DNA of 64,000 nucleotides from Azolla caroliniana. Taxonomy: Eukaryota; Plantae; Polypodiophyta. The position numbers were made by a program, and so were the translations under genes. Below the pieces are notes generated by a model, which worked only from the letters and a program-made list of their open reading frames with translations, was not told the origin of the DNA and did no database searches. The stretch covers positions 14,818,001 through 14,882,000 of the forward strand of contig JBHGNT010000006.1 in the NCBI GenBank assembly GCA_043228905.1, in the 5' to 3' direction. Of this stretch, positions 36,553 to 49,200 are shown one piece after another; the first letter of the stretch is position 1; every line of letters begins with the position of its first letter.

Positions 36553-38390
36553 AAATAGAAGAAAATATTAAAATATATATTACACATGCATAGGGCAAGA
36601 TTCAAACCTTGAACTTGTTAATAATTTGTGGTTTTACCATTATACTAACATATCATAAGTGACAAAAAGTAGATATCCCGTATACAAACGTTATTTCACT
36701 TATATTTTTTAGGAAAAGCTACTTTTACACGTAGAGTGCATAAAACTTTAGTTAGAAGAAAACGCATCATCGAAAAAGTTATTCATGCACATCTCACGTG
36801 TATGAACACTGTTATTATTAGAATAAAAAACATAATATGAAAAGCTATTCGTGCACATCTAGTGTGCATGAACACTTTAGAGAAAGCACCATGCTTTCCA
36901 TGTGGTAAGATATACTTAGCCTCTTCCGTCACTATATGAAGGGAAGAGAAAGATTTATTGAGAGAATGGATTCTTGCGTTTTGATTACAATCAAAATATT
37001 GATTAATATAATACTTGTGGGATTCACAAGTTTTGATCTCTTTTGTCAATCTACTCTGATCTATTCTAAAGTATTTCAATTTATTACAATGATTTTAAAT
37101 ATTACACTAAACTAGTTCACTATATTCATGGGATTCACGAATTTCTATCTCTTTCTTATAATCTATTCATATTCATAACTAAACTCGTCTCAAATTCTTC
37201 CTCCTAGTCGAAAACTCACGCAACGATCTTGGCACTGAAAGGCACGACACATTTGGTGAACCTGACGTGAAGACGGGTGGTAAGGAGATTGAGAATCAAC
37301 AAGAGGCGATCACTATGATGATGTTCGAGCGGATGTTGCAAGAACAATGCAAGATGTCGGAGATAGCGTTGGGAGTAAAACGGCTCGTGCAACGGAATAG
37401 GCAATTCAACAGAAAGAATGTGTCACACTATCTACAGGAATACAAGGCGGAGATGTTGCAACATGGGATCTCGGAAAGATTGCAAGTGATATCCTTGAAT
37501 CGGGTAGCCACCGATGAGCTACAAGAGAGCACCCACAAGATACAATAGTAAAACTCGACGTGGGTGTCCTTCAAGAAAGCTATATTGGAAGCATATGATT
37601 ACGAGAGAGCAAAGGGACGAGATCGACGTGAGTTCGACGAGTGGGTGGCATCAGCGAAGACCCACAAAAGCGCGACACAAGCATTCCTAGAGTTCGAGTA
37701 TCATTTTGTTCAACTCTCAAGACGGGAACCAAGATTGGTGAGGGTGGATAAAGTCCTAATGTTCGTCATCGATCGATCGGAAAGAAAGGATGGCCATCAG
37801 GGTCAAACTTGAAGATGATGACGGTGTACCAAATGGTTTCACTGAGGATTGGGCCGAAGTTGAAAGAGTATTTTCAGGACATGTCACATGATAAGAGGAA
37901 GACGAGAATCTTGTCAGGAACAAGATGGCCTATGAGGAATGGTCAATTGAGGACGAATGATGTAGCCGGTACGAAGGCCAAAGTATGATACTAGAGTACC
38001 ATGGGAGAGTGTGTGGAACAAGCCATCCTCTCGTCTTGCGAAAGAACGATGGCCAAGGATAAGGTTGATGACTTGAGAGTGGCGGACACCACTTCAAGGG
38101 TGGATGAAGGTTTCGGGAGAGGGGTAAGTATAATCGATGCTTGCACGATCGAGGGAGATAAAGAGTGTGAAGTGGACTTGATTGAGGAGGTAAGTATAAT
38201 CGATGCTTGCATGATCAAGGGAGATAAAGAGTGTGAGGCAAATGTGATTGAGGAGGTAGCCATGAAAGATGACATTGAGTCAGAAGTGGCCGTGAACGAG
38301 TCAATGGCGGAAGACCGTGTCAAGACTTTCCCACCACTAATTCCAAAGACTTTGGTGGTTGTGTTCGAAAGGCAATGTGAGACCAAAGAG
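36553..38390 (+). mobile_element. Family T2: remainder of LTR2 (to 37249), Trp PBS and truncated second internal unit
   Basis: PBS tggtgaacctgacgtgaa 37254-37271; ORFs 37267-38456 align with 21820-22890. Confidence 0.88.
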
Positions 38391-41300
38391 ACATTTCATA
38401 GGCATTTGTGTCGTTTGCAACGTGTTGTAAAACACTCATGTCTATACACTATCTGATGGTGGCCAGTCTTGTTTAGGAGTTTCCATTCAGACTCCAATAC
38501 CCCCATGAGTATTTCTTCTCTATCTATGGGCTCGTATAGATACTTGTCATCATCTTGAGAGGAAGTCAATAAACACCTCTTAAGACAAATCTACGAGTCA
38601 CACAAGTGAGTCTTTTGATGTTGTTGAAGTTCATACCAACCACTTAAGTTCATGTGGATGCACTTTTCCTTCACATTTACTTGGACCTAATGATTTACTC
38701 CGAGCAGTCGGGTATATCAATGGAACACAATCACATTTCTTGTTTGATTCCGGTAGTTCTCACAATTTTCTCAATGATCACTTTGTGCAGAAAATGGAAC
38801 TCCACATAAACGCAAGTGATCATATCTATCAAGTTCACATGGAAAATGGATGCGTTTAATACATCAGTGCCATTGTTTGTCAACTGCCAATTCAAATAGA
38901 TACTGTGAAGTCCATTTTTGCTCATAGGAAAAGACCGTGACAAATACATTGGATGGGAAGGTATAGAAGAATAAAGCACAACATGAAAGGTCCAAAAGTT
39001 AAAAGATAAATGAAATTGAAGAGAAATAAAGTTAGAGACGTTTTTCAAAAGTAGAAAAAGCAGAAAAAGCAGAAAAAGAAGAAAAATGCAAGAAATTAAG
39101 CAGAAAAAGCAAGGTAGAGAAAAAAGCTCATAACTTTTTCATCTCTTATCCAAATTTCAAAAGAAAAGATTTGTAAGAAAGCTGACAAAGAGAGCTTTCT
39201 TGTATGAAAAAATTGGATGAAAAACCATAAATAATTCTATGAAAAACGCACCACACAAACTCGAGGATATGTAAAAGAAAAGAAAAGAAAAAAGCAAGAA
39301 TAAACCAACTAAAAACCTATAAATATGCGGTATTCTTAGCAATATGGGAGACGAGGGAGGAATAGAATAGTTACAATGGAGGAAGACTAAAAACCTATAA
39401 ATATGCGGTATTCTTAGCAATATGGGAGACGAGGGAGGAATAGAATAGTTACAATGGAGGAAGACTATAATATCTACAAGGAAGGGATAGAAGATCTACA
39501 AGAAGAAGTGAAGAAGAAGAAGAAGATTAGAATAAGTGAGAAGACGATTAGTAGAAGAAGATGGAAGCATATTGCAGTACTTATTTGGGGTTGTTACTCT
39601 TGGAGTATAAGAGTATTGTATTCTTTTCTTATTAGTATATTGAAGTATTCTTTTCTCTTCCTCCTCTCTTCTCTATCTTTTTTCTCTCTCTCTTCATTAG
39701 ATACCTATTTGGAGAAGCTAGACTTTCATGTTATGAAAGTACAATCCGCAGATGTCATTTTAGGATACCATTGTTTGTCCATTGATTGGGTTAATCAATC
39801 AATAACATTTGAACTTAATAATTGTAAACATTTTATTCAATGTTCCAAACTTCCTTCTCGTTCACTTGTGTCTTCTAAATCTTTAAGTGAGTATTCTAGT
39901 TCATTAATTTATTTGTGTGTAATTGATCTTGTGCTTCAATTTTATTATTTTAATATTGACGCCACACAATTACCACATTATGAACAACGATTACTCAACT
40001 CTATTTTAGACGATTTTCAAGACGTGCTTCCTAATGAATTGCTGCTTACTTTACCACCAAAATGTAATGTGGACCATCAAATTGAACTCATCCCCGGTGC
40101 TGCTCCTATGAGCATTCCACCTTATCGACTTAGTCGATTAGAAGAGGATGAGATCACTAAACAACTTAAGGAATACTTGAGTATGGGCCACATTAGGTAT
40201 AGTAAATCACCTTGGGGTGCGCCAGTTCTATTAGTTAAGAAGAAGGAAAGTTCATGGCGAATGTGTATCAATTATCACCGTTTGAATAAAATGACAATTA
40301 AAAATGCATATCCATTACCTCGTGCCAATGATTTGATTGATCATTTGCATGGAGCCCGATATTTTACAAAAATTGACTTACAAATAGGTTATCATCATAT
40401 TCGCATTGCCGAGGATGATATTCCTAAAACCACTTTTTGTACGCGCTATGGCCATTATGAGTTTTTAGTCATGCCTTTCGGATTGACTAATGCTCCAACC
40501 ACATTCCAACAAGTGATGAATGACGTTTTTCGAGATCAACTCGGTGATTTTGTTTTCGTCTTCTTGGATGATATTCTGATATATAGCCGTACCTTGTAAG
40601 ATCATGTTCAACATGTTTGATTTGTTTTGAAAAAGTTGCATGACAACTCTTCCTATGCAAAAATTCAAAATGTGATTTCTTCCAAAAATCTATTGTGTAC
40701 CTAGGTCATTTAATTACGAAAAAGGCATTAAAATTGAACCTTCTCGTATTGAAAAGGTTAAACTTTGGCCCATTCCTCGTAATATTCGTGAACTGTGATC
40801 ATTCTTGGGGTTTGTTGGATTTTTACCTAAATCAATTTATAATTATTCCAAATTGACTACGACATTAACTGACCTTTTAAAAGGTCATGCACGTAAGTCT
40901 GTCAAACCAATTGGATGGAATTAAAAACTTGACAAATTATTTAAGACACTCAAAGAGCATGTGTGTCAGGTTCCCATCTTCTATTACCGGACCCTTCTAA
41001 GAATTTCTCAATCGAAACCGATCCTAGTGATTATGCTATTGGTGTCGTTCTTTATCAAGGCGGTCACCCTATTGCTTTTGAAAGTAAGAAGCTTGATTCT
41101 ACTCAATCTTGGTATTCGGTTCAAGAGAAAGAGTTGTTTGCGGTAATACATGCACTTAAAACATGGAGGCACTATCTCTATGGAAATAAATTTGTGGTTA
41201 CAACACACCATCAGTCATTGAAGTATTTTTGTGACCAACCAAATCTTGTTGGTCGTAAAGACCATTGGGTTGACCTGACCTTATGCAAGATTTTGATTTT

Positions 41301-41890
41301 TCCATACGGTATCGCAAGGGTTTTATGAACACCGTTGCAAATGCTCTTAGTCGCACTAAAGAAGTTAACATGCTTAGCTTCACAGAAATAAAATCTGATC
41401 TTTTAGATCACCTTTGAGGCAAATACCTTGATGACAGTTATTTCTCAAAATATTGGACGAAAGCTAAATCTGGTTAAGATGCCGTTAGTAGCACCCTACC
41501 CTCGAAGGTGACCTTTCACATTATAAACGGTTTGCTCTACCGTAGTGGAAAGGTCTGTGTTCTAGATTTACCAAACGTAAAACAGAAAATTCTTCATGAA
41601 TGTCATGATGCACCATTGGCTGGTCATCCTGGAATACAACGCACAATCATTCTCATCTCAAAGTACTTTTTTTTGGCCTAAGATGCGCTCTAACGTGCAT
41701 AAATACGTAATTCAATGCTTACAATATTAGATTAATAAGTCAGAACAACAAATGGGAAAGTAACTTGATGGATTTTATTGTTAGTTTACCTCGTACACAT
41801 AGGGGTCATGATGCCATTTGGGTTGTCGTTGACAAACTAACAAAATTGACTTGATTTATTCCTACCAAAACCACGATAACCGCTCATCAA
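38391..41890 (+). pseudogene. Ty3/gypsy chromovirus pol remnant (PR-RT-RH-IN), split by a solo LTR
   Basis: FLFDSGSSHNF protease; [37 protein letters not shown]; ETDPSDYAIG; EKELFAVIHALKTWRHYL; HECHD..LAGHPG. Confidence 0.92.
38904..39699 (-). mobile_element. Solo LTR (family S), copy 3, with internal 78-bp duplication
   Basis: Perfect 5-bp TSD GATAC (38899-38903 and 39700-39704); reverse complement of 25198-25905. Confidence 0.88.
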
Positions 41891-43123
41891 TTGGCAGGAG
41901 TATAGGGAGAAAAGAACATCTTACAACTCTCTATAACTCAGAGAATACCCACTTAGGGTTCTTGGCAAGCTCCACTGAACTGTGCCACCACACACTCTCT
42001 CTCTCGTGCCTCTTCCTACTCTCAGTTACACTATCTTCTGCACTCAACTACAGAAGCTCTAGCATGCATCACAATCATAATGTTTGCCCTAGGTGTATTT
42101 ATACCCAGACACAGTATGGGCTATTTACAAATGTAGTTATTATTATTCTTATATATTGTATATACTAATTACTCACCTCAACTTGTTGGTCTTGTCTTCG
42201 ACCATCCGGTCAGCCTTATCTTCGACCATCTGGTCGGCCAGACTTGTCGGCCTTGTCTTCACTTGGAACATCCATCAATGTAGTCGACTATCATAGTTGG
42301 CTCTCTATCTCCTCCAAGAATGGTCGACAACCCTGTCGACTCACTAGTTGATCCGACCAACCATCCTATGTTTGGCTCGTCGATTCGACTACCGACTTTT
42401 TCCTAGACTTCGATTGTCGACTCCTCTCTTGGCCTCGACTGCTGACTTCTTCCATAGGAGGGACAAATTCCTAACATCATCCATATAACAAAATGCTAAC
42501 CGGCCCATTCCGATCCTGCTGGATGAACAATGATGAGTTCCACTTCGATAGAGTAAACCCATCCGATGCAATTTATGCGTGATCTTTGCGTTCCACGCAC
42601 GGGGGGCTTGCTTGAGTCCGTACAACGACTTCTTTAGTCAGAAAATGGCTGACGTGTTCAATTCAGACTGAAATCCAGGAGGTTGCACCATATACACATG
42701 TTCCTCAAGCTCTCTTTGCAGGAACACGTTCTTTACGTCCATCAGGTATAGGTGCCATCCTTTCGTTGTCGCTACTGCCAACAACACCCAGACAGTTGTC
42801 ATTTTGGCAACCGGCGCAAATGTTTCGTCGTAGTCGATGTCGTATTGCTGCGTATAGCGCTTGGCCACCAGTCGGGCCGTGTATTAGTTGACGGAGCCAT
42901 TAGTGTTGTACTTTACCATGTACTCCCACCTCCATCCAATAAGTTTCACTCCCTTGGGGGCATCCACATGGTCCAATGTCCATTCTCCACCAATGTGCGC
43001 ATCTCTTCCTCCATTGTGGCATGCCAATTGGTGTCCTTTGTCGCCTCTTCGTAGCTCTTCGGCTCACCCACTTCCGCCAACTTCGCCATATATGCATAGG
43101 ATGCGCCTTATATTCATTATACT

Positions 43124-43670
43124 TGTTGGGAGACAGGTCCCTCCGGATGGGAAGGGAGAAGAACAGTGCCGATGAACAGACTCGGTGAAGACCGGATGAG
43201 GAGTACCCAGCTACGGAGAGCCGGATGATACAGGCCCGGTATGAACCGGATGAGGAGTACCCGGCTACGGAGAGCCGGATGATACAGGCCCGGTATGAAC
43301 CGGATGAGGAGTACCCGGCTACGGAGAGCCGGATGGTACAGACCCGGTGAGAACCGGATGAAGAGACATATTCGTAAATATGTTTCCGAGAGCCCATCGA
43401 GGCTATATTTGTAAATAGCCGAAAAGTCATATTAGTATAAATATGACTTAGGGCAAACTTTTTTAGTTGTTGTCATTTTCTGTTTTGCACGAGATTAGTG
43501 TGCGTAACTGTACAGAGAGAGAGAGAGAGAGAGAGAGAAAGAGGTCGTTTTCCACGTAAACCTCCTGTGTATTCTCTTCTTCTTCTTGTCATTTTTTTTT
43601 TTTTGTGTATCATTCGAAGCTCGGTTGTGGCCGAGCGTTGTGCATTAGGAGCGTTGAGTTCCCGTCAACA
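43124..43670 (+). mobile_element. Solo LTR with three 54-bp tandem repeats
   Basis: TGTTG...CAACA, perfect TSD ATACT; repeats at 43191-43352; (GA)n. Confidence 0.9.
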
Positions 43671-44066
43671 ATACTCGTACCGATTTCATGGTCCTCTTGG
43701 CCAACTGCGACCTCATTTTTGGTGGTTCATCTTCGCTCTTGGTTGCGTTGGATTCGCTCTGGTCCGATGCATCTTCCTTTGTACTGTATTCCAACATCTT
43801 CATCTTCCCCTTCTCCTTACGTGTAAGTTGTCTCCGCAACTTTTGGCGCGGGGATTGCATGGCCGAGTCTCCACTACTGACTGGTTCTTCATGCACATAT
43901 GCGATGTTGCCGAACACCTTCAAGTATCCCAAATTCGGCTTTCACCCAAAATAGAGCTCATGTGGCTACACTCCATTTGCAAATGTCCAATTTTGTAGGT
44001 ATACATCCATCCTGATGGGTTTGTCCTAGTAGAACCTGGGCATATGCTTCTCCTCGTCATTGCCGT

Positions 44067-44228
44067 TGTTGTAGTGTACTTCATACATTATGTGGATTCA
44101 TGAGTTTTCTATCTCTCTTTCTTACAATCTATTCATAACTAGATTCGTCTCAAATTCCTCCTCCTAGTCCAAAACCTCGGTGGTTTCCACCCTACTCACG
44201 CAACGATCTGGCACTGAAAGGCACGACA
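44067..44228 (+). mobile_element. Internally deleted solo LTR of family T2
   Basis: Both termini match the T2 LTR (tgttgtagtgta...ggcacgaca); 4-bp TSD CCGT/CCAT. Confidence 0.88.
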
Positions 44229-44931
44229 CCATGGTTGCTTCCTCTATTGTCTGATTCTTTCGCTCGACCACATTGTTCTGCTCCGGCATGTATTAGGAGA
44301 ATTCACAGCAAATTCCCTCATTTTGCAAATAGCTTGAGAACTGGTCGGAAAAGTACTCTTCTCCACCATCACTCCTAAGGCATTTCAACTTTCTGCCAAT
44401 CTCTTGTTCGGAAAGTCTCTTCACCTTCAAGAAACAGGAGAAGACTTCGCCCTTCTCCTCGATCAGGCATGCCTAGGTATGTCGAGTGTAGTCATTGATG
44501 AAGGTTACAAAGTAACAACTCCCACCGATGCTCATATTCTGCATCGGTCTCCAAACATTCGAATGGATCAAATTGAGCTTATTTCGACTCCAATTGCACT
44601 TTTTTGGGAATGGAAGTCGGTGCTGCTTCCTAAGCTGACAGGCTTCACAGACTTGGCCCTTCTGGCCACTAAATTTCTGCAAGCCAAATATGATGTTCTT
44701 TGTCTGCATCTCTTGAAGCCGTGGGAAGTTGACATGGCCAATCTGTTTGTGCCATAGGTCGATGTCTGATTCGACCTTCTGCCCTTTGGCAAACATAGCG
44801 GTGCTAAAATCATTCATCTTGCGGATAAACATCCTCCCTGCTTGGCGCCCTTGTGCGATAATTTGGCCTTCTTCTTCTATGATGCCCTAGGTGGGTGACC
44901 TGAACCTGCATCCCCTAGTAGACGATCTACC

Positions 44932-45866
44932 TGTTGGGAATATGGGACTGAATCGGGATGATTTAAACTTCAAACACAATTAAGACAAATGAAACAATAG
45001 ATGAAACCACAAGACAGAAAATGAGAGTACACCAAAACATTTAACGTGGAAAACCCAAAATAGGGAAAAACCACGGTCACCATAGGTTCTGAACAACTTC
45101 ACTATGTTTTGAGTACAATGGAATACGACCTCACTAGAGGAATGTATCTACCTCACGGCAATGGCCTTGGTTACAACCTTCACCCAATCGGGTGTATAGA
45201 ATAACAAAGGTTACAACTGAGTATAGTCTCTCTAGGTTTGAACTAGAAGAAATGAACTAGCCACAAGGCAATAGCCTTGACTACTATCTTCACCCGATTG
45301 GGTGGATTAGACAACAAAGCTTACAATTGAGTATAGTCTCATAGTCTCTCTTGGCTTGAGCTAGAGGAAATGAACTAGCCTCAAGGCAATAGCCTTGGCT
45401 ACTATCTTCACCCGATTGGGTGGATAAACCAACAAGAAGTAGAAAATATAAGACAAGAAGAAAAAACATAGAACGAAGAAACCCGATACGAATGGACAGA
45501 AGAGGTGTTGTACAGTTGTGGGTTCCTTGTTTCATGAACAACCCCTCACGAATCTTTGTCTTCTCTTTTGCGGAGCACTCTTTCTCTTGCTCTCGTACTC
45601 GAGTACTATGTCTCTTTGTTTGCTAGTTTTTCTCTTGTGCACTCTTCTCACTTCTCTGTTTTCTCAGTGTATGCTGTTGTCTCTCTCTGTACTAAGAGTT
45701 ATCTCTATTTTCTGTCTTGCTCACTCTTTCATTTTCTGTTTTCCTCTCTCTATTTTTCTCTTTGTTTTCTGTTTTGCCCTATGTTCTTAGAAAATAAAGT
45801 CCTGCTCTATTTCCTCCTTCTCTTTTTTTGTTTTTCTCCTTGTAGTCCAATGTCTATATACTTGTG

Positions 45867-45907
<41 letters not shown>

Positions 45908-46299
45908 CATACAAAAGAAAAAGGGTATACATATATATATATAATTATAAATATAATTATAAATAATTATAACTTTTCTCCTTTTTGGCCCTAATGCTCT
46001 CTTCCCGGATTGCTCATGAACCGGTTCATGACGCCGACCGTGTATACCATTGCGTACTTCAAGCTTCTGACCACTAATGCATAGGGAACCTTCATCATCT
46101 TCACCCTCTCTGTCTTTGTCTTCGGACATTGTCTCCTGGATAAGTTGTTGTTGGTTGGGAGTGTCGAGCCGACCGGCTTCACGCTTTCCATGTTGAACCA
46201 CCCGAGACAACATGGAATCCATTTCATCCTGCATGGCACTTAGCCACTCTTTGTTGTGGGTGACCCTCTTTTCTTGTTCGAAGCTTTCTGGCTCCCCCT
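44932..46299 (-). mobile_element. Tork/Tnt1-like copia LTR and deleted RT fragment, with (CA)n/(TA)n microsatellites
   Basis: LTR-like sequence starting tgttggg with a ~125-bp internal duplication (45178-45425); GEPESFEQ..WLSAMQDEMDS and VPYALVVRSL.YAMV. Confidence 0.7.
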
Positions 46300-49200
46300 T
46301 GTTATCGCTAGGGCCAGACAATGGCCTAACACAGGGTGTCCCCTTGAGACACTTCACCAAAGGGGTTTCGCGGTGAGATAAACTTAGACCGACTCTTAAT
46401 GAACCCTAATTGGTTACTAATCGGCAAGATCATTAGTCACAATACACGCATAAGATGAATTACACTTAGCACAGAGCGGTAATTAACAATGATTAAGATA
46501 TAGAACAACAACACTCTATTAATTATCCGCTAATGATTACAATCCAACGGGGCCCTTTTGTAGGTCTCCGACTCTAGGTACAAACCGGTGCCAACCGGCA
46601 ACCGACTACGAACCGGTCCGGATTCGGATCGGCAAACCGATTCTGGGTCCATCCATTCGCTTCTCAAAATCATAATAATTCTATATTATATATATAATTA
46701 GCTCCCGGTTATTAATTATCCCCTTCTTCCATTCTAGACTTTCCTTGCCGGCTGGTTAACACATAGTACCTTGTACGTCAAATCCCACAATCCGGCTTCA
46801 TTCATCCTCCAAAATGTCAAGAATGCTTTGATCTAAGGGTTCCAATGGTTCCTCGGGAAGTTGTTCTGTCATCAGTTGCTGCTTTTGTTCCTCCTCCTGC
46901 TATTGCCCCGATTTCTGTTGTTCCTTCGGCTGCTCTTGTTGCCGCTCCAGCTCCAGATGTGGTTGCCTCTGGTTGACGTCCGTTTCCTGCGGCTCTATCA
47001 ATCTGACCAGCTCTCCCTCCTTTTCCGGCTCTACTCGTCCTACTGGCTCTTCCTCCTTTTCCAGCTCTACTGGTCTTGGCGGCTCTTTGTTCTGTTCTCC
47101 AGCGTACACCGGTTCCTACTGATGACCTTCCTTTAGTGGCTCCCCTGGCTTTAACCGGCGTTTGTTCTGAAGATGGCGCCTTGTCATTGATGCTAATCGT
47201 TGCAATTTTCTTGGCCACTTCTTGTTGTTGCCGTTCCTGTTCGTACTTTTCGAAATGGAGTTGGTGGTCCAGCTGGTCATCATCCAATTGTGCCATCAAC
47301 TGGTGTACCGCCACCCTCTGCTCATCAGCCAAGGATATGAAATCATCCGATAGTTTATCTTTTATCGCTTCAATGCTTTCTTTATCTAGGATGTAAACTT
47401 CGTCGCCCTCTTTCCGCCGGTTTTCCGCATCTGCCCGCAACAACTGTAGCTCCGCTGCCTACTTAGACCACAACTGTACGGAGCTTTCTTCCACCAATTT
47501 CTTCATTTGATTCCTTGATGCCAGTACGATGTCCTTGATCCGCCCCAACCCCATCTTCAACTTGTTCTCTGCGGCCTGTTTTTCGTCCTTCAATTGTTTG
47601 ATCAGGCTCGCGGTTGCCACTTCTTGGCTTCTATAGTGCATGACTTGGGTCTGATAGGTCGTCTGAACTCGGTTTAGAGTCATTGTAGCGTGCTCCGTTT
47701 CGGCATGGTGCTTCACTTGCAGGTCCAGTCACTCTTTCGCTGCCTCTACCAGTTGTTTAGCTACTTTGGCTCCCTTCGACTGCTCGTCCATCAATGCCAC
47801 CGTCATTCGGTTAATTTCCTCCCAGAGTTCCTTGCACTTTTCTTGCTGCCGGTCACTTTCAGCAATCAATTTCTTATGATCAGCATCCAAATGCTTATAA
47901 TCCCAGTGTAGTTGGTCGAAGTCGTCGGTTTTCTGTTTTAGCTTTTGATTGATAAGCCGGCGAGCACGGTCCTCACGGTCTTTTTGTTGCTGAAGCTCTT
48001 CTTTGAGACGCTCTATCTCCACTTCTGCCGTCCGCCAGAGTTTCTCTTTTTGTTGCAAGAGTTTGTCTTTCTCTTCTTTTAGCCGGTCATACGCTTGATG
48101 ACCTCTTCTCAAGCTTTCCTCTGCTCGGCGGAGGCTGTCGGCCGTCTTCCGTTGTTCCTTCTCTGCTGCTTTTTTCAATTCTTGTTCCCTAGCTCATAAG
48201 GCTTCTTGTGCTGCCAGGTCTTCCCTTAATGTGGCGAGCTCCTGTGCTGACTTTTTATGAGTATCCAGGCCTGCCTCGGTCACCGGGGTCTAATTGTTCT
48301 GTAAAAGTTACAAGAGCCACTGGTTCCGATTGTTGTGGTTCTTCTATAACCAACTTGGCCATTTCTGTTCTAGCCTTCTCTATGTCTTCCTCCATGCTCC
48401 AGATTCTTGACCGGGCCTTCTCTAATTCCTTGGTTGTGGGTAGCAACCAGACTTCATGCGCTTTCTCTTCCGCTTCTAACTGGCGGACGACCCCAGTCAC
48501 TTGTTCTGCTACCCATTGTAGCCATTGACTATCGATGCCTTGTTGTCGTGCCGGTTCTAGTCGTGGGATGACGTTTTCACTGGCCATGAACCTACTATTG
48601 ACGGTTACGTCAAGCGGCTACTCCGGTTTTGGTCGTTGCTGTTGCGGCGGCGATGCTGGCAATTCAATGACCGGTTCTTGATCCACTGGTACTCCCGTGT
48701 CCTGGACCACTGGTTCCGCGATGTCCTACCGCACCAATTGCTCTGTCCCCGATTCTTGTTGAGCCAATTCTACCGCCTTCCTAGGCTGCGGCTCCTTAGG
48801 GAGGGATTCCAGTATAATGTCCTCCATTGGCCTTGATGTCCCCCCTTCATGGTCCTTTTCACTTGTCTGGCAATGACGTATCAGCGTCTCGGTAGGCTCA
48901 TCTTCCTGCTGTTCTTCCTCTAGGGTCTTGCTTTTGATTAACGCAACCAAGGGGTCCTGTCCCTACATTTTCTCCGGTTGCTATTCTGCTTGTTGTTCCA
49001 TTAGGCGCAACTTGATTTTCAAAGGTCTCCCCGAGGTGTCCACCGATGCCTCCTTCTCTGCCGGCCGCTTCCGATTAGGCCGTTCCTTCGCCTGTGTAGC
49101 CAGGAGTTGCTGCCGTTTTGAAGTTGTTTTGGGGGTCGATTCTGTCCGTCTTCCCCTCTTCCTTTGTTTCATGGGCTCCACCGGCGGTGCTAACAAAGTG

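Larger units (their letters stand above)
42470..44930 (-). mobile_element. Degenerate copia fragment (same family as 10800-19257), with nested solo LTRs
   Basis: DYDETFAPVAKMTT, MDVKNVFL, YGLKQAPRAW, DLWHKQIGH, CEACQL, YFVTFIND. Confidence 0.9.

Noticed and set aside
39454-39700. N-terminal extension of the 381-aa RT ORF
   Set aside because: Fortuitous read-in from the inserted solo LTR.
42900-43430. ORF with 18-aa repeats
   Set aside because: Translation of the 54-bp LTR tandem repeat.
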